Of a stretch of 64,000 nucleotides of DNA, positions 54,756-64,000 are shown piece after piece. Where the stretch lies: the NCBI RefSeq assembly GCF_009914755.1, contig NC_060932.1; one strand, written 5' to 3'. Below the pieces are notes generated by a model, which worked only from the letters and a program-made list of their open reading frames with translations, did not search any database and was not told where the DNA came from. Origin of the DNA: the human T2T-CHM13v2.0 reference genome, Homo sapiens. The translations under genes were made by a program, and so were the position numbers. The number at the start of each line of letters is the position of its first letter. Position 1 is the stretch's first letter.

Positions 54756-57024
54756 CAGTCACTTGGCTTTATTAACTTTGCAAATACTTTTTTTTTCTTT
54801 ACAAATGGAAGGTCTGTGATAACCCTGCATGGAGCAAGTCTATCAGCAACATTTTATCAACAGCAGGGAGGCACTTCATGTCTCTGTGTCACATTTTGGT
54901 AATTCTCACAGTATTTTGAAATTTTCATTATTATGATAACTGTTATGATGATGTGTAACCAGTGATCTTTGTTGTTAGTGTTGTGATTGTTTTGAGGCGC
55001 CACAAACTGCACCCATGTAAGACAGCAGACTTAATAGATAAATGTAGTACATGTTCTGATTGCTCCATCGACTGGCTGTTCTCCTGTCTCTCTCCCTCTC
55101 CTCTGTCCTGCCTATTCTCTGAGACACACAGCATTGAATTTAGGTTGATTAGTAACCCTACAATGGCCTCTACGTGTTCAAGTGAGAAGAGAATCGCAAG
55201 ACTATCACTTTGAATCAAAAGGAAGAAGTAATTAAGCTTAATGAGGAAGGCATGTTGAAAGCAGAGATAAGCCAGAAGCTAGGCCTCCCTCTTACAGTCA
55301 ACAGCCAAGTTTTCAGTGCAAAGGAAAATATCTTTAAAAAGATTAAAAGTGTTACTCCAGTAAGCAAGTGTATTATAAAAAAGCAAAACATCCTCATTGC
55401 TGATGTGGAAAACATTTTCATGGTCTAGGTAGAATATCAAACCAGCCACAACATTCCCTTAAGCCAAAGCCAGAACAAGGCATTGTTTTCAAATCTATGA
55501 AAACTGAGAGGTGAGGAAGCTTCAGAAGAAAAGATTGAAAGGAGCAGAGGTTTAAGGAAAGAAGCCATCTCCATAACCTAAAAGTGCTAGGGGAAGCAGC
55601 AAGTGCTGGTGTGGAAGCTGCAGCAAGTTACCCAGAAGATCTAGCTAAGATAATTGATGAAGGTGGCTACACTAAACAACAAAGTTTCAGTGTAGTTAAA
55701 CAGCCTTCTATTGGAAGAATATGCTCTCTAGGACTTTTATAACTAGAAAGAAGTCAATGCTTGGCTTCAAAATTCCAAAGGACAGGCTGACTCTCCTGAT
55801 AAGGGCTAATGCAGATGGTGACTTTACACTGAAACTAATGTTCATTTACCATACTAAAAATACTGGGACCCTTGAGAATTATGCTAAATCTACTCTTCCT
55901 GTGCTCCCTAAATGGAAAAGCAAAGCCAGGATGACAGCAGATCTGTTACAGCATGGTTTACTGAATATTTTAAGCCCACTGTTGAGACCAACTTCTTAGA
56001 AAAATATTTCTTTCAAAATATTACTGCTCATTGACAGTGCACCTAGTCACTCAAGAGGTCTAATGGAGACATACAAGGAGATTAATGTTGTTTTCATGCC
56101 TGGTAACACAACTTCTATCCTGCAGCCCATTGATCAAAGAGTATTTTTTACTTTCAAGTCTTATTATTTAAGAAATTCATTTTGCAAGGCAATGGCTGCC
56201 ATAGATAATGATGAAAGAAGGTCAAAATATCAATATTAACAGGGGTTTAGAGAAGTTGATTCATCCTTCATGGATGTCTATGAGAGGTTCAAGACTTCAA
56301 TGGAAAAAGTAAGTGCAAATGTGATGGAAATAGCAAGTGAAGTGAATTAGAAGTGGAGCCTGAAAACACGAGTGAATTGCTGTAATTTCAGGATAACACT
56401 TTAAAAGATGAGGAGTTGCTTTTTATGCATGAGCATAGAATGTGGTTTCTTGAGATGAAATCTACTTCTGATGAAGATGCTGTGAACGTTGTTGAAATGA
56501 CAACAAATGATTTAGACTATTCCATAAACTTAGTTGATAAAGCAGCAGCAGAGTTTGAGAGAACTGACTTCAATTTTGAAAGAAATTCTGTGGGTAAAAT
56601 GCTATCGAATAGCACTGCATCCTATAGGGGAGTTTTTCATGAGAAAAGTCAATCAATGCAACAAATTTTATTGTTTTCTTACTTTAAGAAATTGCCAAAG
56701 CCACCACAACCTTCAGCAACCAAACCCTGATCAGTCAGCAACTTTCAACATCAAGACAAGACCCTCCACCAGAAAAAAGATTATGACTTGGTGAAGTTTC
56801 AGATGATTATTAGCATTTTTTTTGGAAATAAGGTATTCTTTAAGTAAGGTACATTGCCCTTTTAGACATAATGATATTGCACCCTTAATAGACTACAGCA
56901 TAGCATAAGCATAACTTTTATATGTACTGGGAAGCCAAAAATATAATGTGACTTCCTTTATTGTGATATTTGCTTTACTGCAGTAGCCTGGAACCAAACT
57001 CTCAATATCTTCAAAGTATGCCTG
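54756..57024 (+). mobile_element. Near full-length Tigger1 with disrupted transposase
   Basis: TA flanks, ...gtatgcctg end; ORF pieces MASTCSSEKR, NQKEEVIKLNEEGMLKAEISQKLGL, KDRLTLLIRANADGDF match Tigger1/TIGD1-type transposase but are frameshifted. Confidence 0.93.
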
Positions 57025-58209
57025 TACCTACATTCTTGTAGCTTATGATTTATCTGCCTGTGTGTTATTTTATTAGGTTGATATTGAGTTGAATGAAGAA
57101 ATAAGTGCTGGTTAAACATCATTTGGCAGCTTTTAAATCTTAATAAACAGTATTAAATGCCTACTATTCACCCTCTGAAAACATCAAGCTTTATTAGCAA
57201 CCTGCAACATGAAAGGTTAAAAAAAGCTCAAAGGCATTTATACTTTCTCCATTAATGAAGAATGAAAACATATAATCATATCTTCATTGTATATATTATT
57301 CATGTGATTTTTTAAAAAATTTCAATATAGAGATACTGTAAAAATTTTCTACAAAATAAAATTACCTTCATTTACACTTAAATCTCTACAAGCAATTCAT
57401 AATGGTCTTCTATAAGCCAGAGATAGAGAAAGCTTTCTGTTAGAATGCTGAAAGTGAGTGTTTTGTGCTACAGGTACATCATAAACATATAAGGGCAAAA
57501 TTCCTGATCTGGTGGAGAACTGAGGGAATGACTCAGAAATATGTATTTTTTAAATGTACAGATTTTCAATTGTTTTCTAATTAGAATATATAGTCCATTA
57601 ATATTTAATGTAATTATTAATATGTTAGCATTTATGGTTGTGTTTTCATCATGTATTTTCTACCAGTATTTTGTGTTCTTCCATTCCTCCTTTCCTGTAG
57701 ATAGGATAGGGAGATCATGATCTTTCCACCTACAATCAAGGTGTGCTTCCAATAGAACCAACAGAAAATGAAATAGCCTGACAACTACTGGCCATCTAAG
57801 AGGGAAGGTATCTATTGCTTAATCTGCCTCTCTGCTCCACCAAAAAGAGCGGTGAAAGGAAATGGAATTTCCTCCTCATAGTGGGAGAATGCATCACTAC
57901 CTTTTTCACTTTCAACTCACCCCAATACATACTCTGAATTTAGAGCCACTGGGATAAAACTGAGGATGGCACTGGGGTTTGGTGGAAAGGAGAAAGACTT
58001 AGACTCCATATGGAATAATTGTGTTGAAATGAATAGGACTGAATGTAAATCAAATGAAAATGCCTTTTAACATTTTATTGTGAAAATTTCAAGTTGTACA
58101 CAAATGATTTGAGAACAGTATAATTAAACCACGTCCTTAAAACTCATCCTCTATAATGATGAACATATGTGTTCAAATACATATGGATAATTGTGTTTCC
58201 TCTATAAAC

Positions 58210-59163
58210 TGATGGAGCTCAGGACATGCTACCCCAAAATATGGCACCGTGGCATTTAGGAAGCAGCAGACCTGGAGGGTCACTCTCATCTTCTCTTCAC
58301 CCTTCTTCCCTGAAGCAGGTCATAAAAGAATTCTCTGACCTTCCTCTGAAGTAGGTCATAAAACTTTCATTCCAGAGGTGCCCTCTCTATTATGCCTGGA
58401 GAAAAGAAACGTTCTTATTCTCGAAGACTCAGAGACATACAGAAGAATCTGAACAAACCCTTGTTAGGTTCCCTGCAGTTTATTACCATTAAGTCATACC
58501 CTCTTTGTCCAATCATGCTTCTTCATGACTGTCCACTCAAAAAACTCGGCGTGAAGATACACAGGTTTCCCTGTTCTTCATTTTTGAAGTCACCTAAGAC
58601 TTAACATTAAACAAACGTGTATGCTTTTCCATTACTAATCTGTCTTTTGTTATAGGTGCCTCATCCATAAACCTTGTGATGGGTGAGTAAAAGATATTAC
58701 TGTTGACCCTTGAACAATGTAGGAGTTAGGTCAGCAACAATGTGTTGACTCTGAGCAGTAGAAAATCCAAGCATAACTTTTGACTCACCCCCAAAACTTA
58801 ACTCTAAATAACCTACTGTTTACTGGATGCCCTACCAATAACATAAGCAGTCAATTAATACACATTTTGTATGTTATATATACAACAGAGTATTCTTACA
58901 ATACAGTAAACTAGAGAAAAGGAAATGTTTTTAAGAGAATCATAATGAAGAGAAAATATCTTTACTATTCACTAAATGAAAGTGGATCATCATAAAGGTC
59001 TTCATACTCATCATATTCACGTTTAGTAGGCAGAGAAGGATGTGGAGGGGTTGGTTTTGCTGTCTCAAGGGAGGCAGAGGCAGAAGAAAATCTGGGTATA
59101 AGTGGACGCACATAACTCAAACTCGTGTTGTTTAAGGGTCAACTGTACTTTTTCTCTCTTACA
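58210..59163 (+). mobile_element. MER39/MER34-family ERV1 solo LTR with Tigger2a near its 3' end
   Basis: tgatggagctcaggacatgctaccccaaaatatggcacc start; final cttttttctctcttaca lies after the Tigger2a. Confidence 0.75.
58700..59145 (-). mobile_element. Tigger2a (MER28) complete MITE
   Basis: TIRs ctgttgacccttgaacaa / ttgtttaagggtcaactg; TA on both sides; 446 bp. Confidence 0.9.
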
Positions 59164-59619
59164 GCTCTGACTTCCTAATTTTTTTCTTTCAATTTTTTTA
59201 ACATGACTTCAATTTAATCTGTAAATACCTCAGTGTATACCTCTAAGAGAAAATACTTTTTAAAAATATAACATTACTATAGTTACAACTAAAAGTTAAA
59301 CAATAATTTCTTAATGTTATCTAATATTCCATCCGTGTTCAAATTTTCTCAACTGGATCACAAATATATTTTGTCACCTATTAGGAGACCTATTTAGGAG
59401 AAGGACAGTGCTGCTAACACCATTATCTCATTTGGAAGTCAGGATTGGTTCACAATATTTATAGGAAAGCACCACAGTAGATGGAAACTTCCCAAATTAG
59501 TAAGTGCCAGATTCATCTCAGCCCAGGATTGGATCAGGTGATTCCTCACCATTGTGTCTGGCTAATAAAGTAAAGGCTGAGCATTTGTGGAAGAAGGTAT
59601 TACATTGAACCTTGCTTAT

Positions 59620-60900
59620 ACATATATCTGGCAGCCTATCAATTCCTAGACACATAAATAATATGAATTGTATTAAAAAGCCAAAAAAAAAGAAAACACA
59701 GAAGATAGAAATATATCTGCACCTAATTCAGATATGGGGCTAGCAACAAGGACTTTAAATAACTATCATTAATATCTACAAAAAATAGGAAGATGGAGAA
59801 AATGTGTGAAAAGAGAATTAGAATTTGTAAAAATTTTAAATGAAAATTCCAGAATTTAAAAATATATTTACTTTAATTATGAGCTCAATAAGTGGATTTA
59901 GGAGATTAGACACAAGAATATGTCACTTGCAAAGTAGAAGACATGTAGAAAATATTCAACAGAGACATGTAGAGAAAGAAAAAATATACAGGAAATAGAA
60001 TAAGGAATATGTGGGGAAAATGTTATATTGTGTAATTAGGGTTTCAGAAAGAGACTCCAGAAAAAAATATGCAAAAGAGCAGAGATAATGGCTAAAAATT
60101 TTGCTAAACTGATGAAAATGATTCACCCACAGAGTTAAGAAGCTCTGCTACTGCCAAGCAGAATAAATATAAAGGAAATAGTTATAACAAAATGCTGAAA
60201 GGCAAAGAGAAAACCCTACAAATAGATTAACAAAAGAAGACATATTACCTTCAGAAGAGCAAAACTAAATCTAAAGCTAACTTCTCAGTGAAAATGATGG
60301 AAAGCCAGACGATGAAATGACATCATTCATAAGCTGGAAGAACAGAATCTACATTTAAATCATGGGAAAATTAAAATATTAATAAGACATAAAGATGTTT
60401 TCAAAAAATAAATTGAAAGGATGGTACACTAAGATAGTTACAAAAGTTATTACAGTGAGTGCTTCAAGTGAGAGATAAATGATTGCAGATTTGAATACAG
60501 AAATGCATAAAGAAAGAGGAACAGAAAGGGTAACTTCATTACATGTAATGCAAATATATGTAAAAGAAGAACACATAAAATAATTATTTAAATTAAGGGG
60601 GTTAAGTCAAATAAAAGTGTTTTAATATTTTAACATTGTTAGGAAATAGAAATCCAAAATTTCTTAAAAGTATAACAATGAAAATCCAACAAAATATAAA
60701 CATATACTGCATTAGGAAAACAATTTAACTACAGAACACAGGGGAGAAAATGAAAAAACTGAATTTTCTTCTTTATAACCTACACCAAAATCAACTGCAG
60801 TTTGATTGCAAACCTACTTATGACAAGCATAACTACAAACCTTTTAGATAAAAATAATAAAAGAAAATTGTCATAACCTTGGGTTAGGCAAAGAGAAACA
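59620..60900 (+). mobile_element. Ancient L1M ORF1-region and ORF2 fragments
   Basis: aaggactttaaataactat, gtaattagggtttcagaa, ataatggctaaaaatttt, aacttctcagtgaaaatgatggaaagccaga. Confidence 0.6.
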
Positions 60901-61945
60901 TTAATTGTAAGTTTAGACTGATATTTCCAATTCAAATTTAAGACAGCAGTGTTTTCAGTTAATACTTTATTTTCATAGTTTGCCTCTATTTTTCTTTAGC
61001 AAAAAATTCTGGTTTCTAATGTCTTTAAAAGAAATTATGATTGTTTTACTACGGTTTCAGAAAACTATGCCATATTCTTACTGAATATGATTACTGAATA
61101 CACTTCACAATTTCTTTGGACTTTAAATGTCTCTTCTTTGTGTGTTTTAGCCATCAACATGATATATGATCAGGTTTAACTATTTTATTTTGTTGTATAT
61201 TTGTAGGGATTCTTTTATTTTTATTATTTTTTAATTATGTAAATTGTTTAGAAGTTTTAAAATCAAAACTATTAAAAATTCAGAGAAATGTAGCTTCCAT
61301 CCATGGAGTGCACATACATATATATGTGAAATTCCATCTTAATAAGCAATTACTTATGCTGTTTTTATCACTCTTCCCCTATGGTAGTGTACCAGGCCCA
61401 CTATTCCACACCTTGCTTTTTCACATGTGGGCTATATCTGGGTATTCCCCCACAGAAGCAATCGGAAATACTGAAAAAGTTGTAGGAACATTTGCCTTTA
61501 GGGACGCTTACAATCCAGAGAGAAATAAGGAACAGTGGTTGTTGACAGAGAGCAGGGTTTGGAAGCAGTTTTTATTTTTTAATTAAAATTGGTCTAGGTT
61601 CATATTGAAGGTCTTCAGGCAAACATGCTATACCTGAAAAGGCCCCTACAGAATGAGGCTCCCTCAAAAGCTATCCTTTGGTCTCCAGACATTGGGTCTT
61701 ATAACAAGAATGGAGTAAAACTTTTGTGGGTTTCTCAGTGCTCCTGTTAGAAGCCCCAACCTCCTGGACTCTAGACATATTAAAAGGATTAGGTCTAGAG
61801 ACATTTGTCCTGTCAATAGCTTTTTTCCTAGAGCATAATAAAACTTCTCAGATCTTCCTAAGAAGGGCAAATATTCCAGCCCAGACTAGGTCTTCAGGTT
61901 AAGCCCTAAGGTCCCTGGGACAGAAGAACCTTCTTCTTTTAGGTA

Positions 61946-62287
61946 CAGTCATCCCTCCATGTCTGTGGGTTCCACATCCATGGAAGTCAACCAACTGGGG
62001 CTTGAAAATATTTGAAAGAAAACAGAAGATAATTACATCTGTACTGAACATGTAGAGATTCTTTATCTTGTAATTATTCTCTAAACAATATAGTATAAAT
62101 AGTATCTATACAACATTTATATTGTTTTAGGTATTATAAATAATTTGGAGATGATTTAAAGTATACTGGAGGATGTGAATAAGTTACATGCCAATACTCC
62201 ACAATTTTATATAAGGAACTTGAGTGTCCATGCAGTTTGATATCTAAGGGGTCCCTGGACACTCCCATGGATACTGAGGGATGACTG
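61946..62287 (-). mobile_element. MER2 (TcMar-Tigger MITE), complete
   Basis: TIRs cagtcatccctc / gagggatgactg; TA TSD; 342 bp; gagatgatttaaagtata core. Confidence 0.92.
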
Positions 62288-64000
62288 TATTTACAATTCA
62301 AGGAGGAAAGAGGCTTGGAAACTTGGAAACATGTCTAGGTGGTAAAGGGCCCACTACATGGGACAATCTGGCTCCTCCAGAGGTTTTATTTCCCTTCAAA
62401 AGGTTGGAGTTTGACTCCAGCACATTATACTTCTAAGGGGGGCCCTGCTACTTGTGCAGAACACTTGACCTGGCTCTTATGGCACCCCAGGAGACATGAC
62501 TAGGGCAAGAGGACCCACATACTTATTGTTTACTGTGAGATTTTAGTAAGAAATCTGTCTCTGACCCAGACAACTTCATGTGCATAATTAGGATAATTTT
62601 AATAAAGATGAATATTAAATATGAATATCTATTACTTTTCCCCGTATACATATACTATAATATAAATGAAAATGCTTTAATTATTCCTTGCCTTCGGATT
62701 AAATCTAAGGGGAAGCCTTCTTTAATTAGGCTGATGTATAAAACATTCACAGATTCATAAAATATAAAATGAAAAATTTCATGTCAAGTAATGACTCTGT
62801 TGATCATTGGGGAAAGGAAAACTCCTTTTAAAAGTATATTTTTCAATCTAGGTTGATGCTTTTAAGTCCTTTTTTAGTCTAGGAGAGACAGCTAATTACT
62901 CAGGCAAGAGCTGACTCCTTTAAGATTGGAGGCAAAGGATAAACGAGAACACAGAGATTTGGGCCATGCAGAGTTGGAAAAGTTTACTGTTTTGGGGCTG
63001 CAAACATAAAAGGTAATATTGAAAAAGACTTGAACAAAAAGGCTCTGTAGGAATTAATTGGTTAAAATGGGGACACAATTCTAGAACAGAGACCAGATTT
63101 AAGCCGATTCATTCTCAACTAAGTCTTGTTGCTTCAGATGGCATGATGGTAGCCAAAATTCAATTGAAAGAAAAAAATGCATGGGGATGGAGAAATAATG
63201 AGCAAATGTGGGCTTAAGGACAATTCCTAGGAAATAACTTTAGGTGAGTGCAGGCACATCAAATTGACAGGAAACAAACGAATCAGAAGTCTATTCCTTC
63301 TTTTTATTGCTTACTAAAAAATTCTGTGGGTATCAAGACTGCTTGTAGGTCCATTTTCCCAGCAGAAAAAAAGGTGGTAAAAGCTGCTTACCCTCCACCA
63401 AGGACAAGATCCCCCCAAACCCCATCAGATGTGGCCCTGGGAGATGATGTCAAAGGGAGGGCCCCCACAGAGGGTCAAGCCAGAGTCAAAGGATGTCACA
63501 CAAGGGAATCTCCCCAAATAGAAGGACTGGAGTCTAATTGAGGGTCTTTCCACATCCTTCTGGGAAAAGGGTGCCTTCTACAACTTGGCCATCAGGTTTT
63601 CATCATTGCCGTAGATCAGTGACTGCAGCATGGACCCCAAGCTTCCCTTTCGTCAGTTGCAGTTTTTCTTGTGATTATCGTAATCATGCCCCACCATTGT
63701 ATACTTGGTATATACATGCAGGAGGCAGATAGCTTGTTTTTAATTTTGTAAGCAAGTGGACCAAAAAGATGACATGCTGATGGAGAGAACTTTGTCATAC
63801 CCACTTTGAGCTGTCACACCCACTTTATTGTTGGACTGTCTCTTGGGGAGAAAATGCATGTGTTTTACATGTACGAAAAAATGCATTTAAATAGGTGGTG
63901 GCCAGAGGAGTGGACAGAAATTTGTATTGTATCCTCCATAATATGCGGTTGTTACTGGGAAATGGCTGCAGGTTTACAGCAGCTATACTTACTTTAACAA

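Larger units (their letters stand above)
58065..59375 (-). mobile_element. Old L1MC/ME 3'UTR split by LTR and Tigger2a
   Basis: ttttattgtgaaaatttcaa...gaacagtataat; resumes ctgtaaatacctcagtgtatacctctaaga...aataatttcttaatgttatctaata. Confidence 0.55.

Noticed and set aside
55162-56730. TIGD1-like functional transposase gene
   Set aside because: Multiple frameshifts and stops; ordinary decayed Tigger1
63248-63541. 97-aa Pro/Gly-rich ORF
   Set aside because: No recognisable homology, non-ATG start, no supporting coding exon chain

Overview
This is AT-rich hominoid (human-like) genomic DNA, judged from AluY, young L1PA and MER11 copies. Most of the window is interspersed repeat: L1s of many ages (one full-length L1PB), six Alus, ERV1/ERVK/ERVL/MaLR LTRs, Tigger/MER DNA transposons, and L2/MIR relics. 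I see no intact cellular protein-coding gene, tRNA, rRNA or CRISPR array, and the long ORFs I recognise are TE fragments. I found no convincing new biological system. The notable signals are unusual retrotransposition and repair products: (1) an AluY-L1PA chimera under one TSD; (2) an ERV1 (LTR49-like) copy that looks like an L1-mobilised processed transcript with a twin-priming inversion; (3) a tail-less Alu with an intact TSD; (4) a donor segment copied locally once direct and once inverted; (5) a 188-bp duplication across an L1 5' junction; (6) an AT-rich 153-bp palindrome; (7) a small CpG/ETS promoter-like patch with candidate non-coding exons. Subfamily names come from remembered consensus features and boundaries of old repeats are approximate; no RepeatMasker or BLAST was run.
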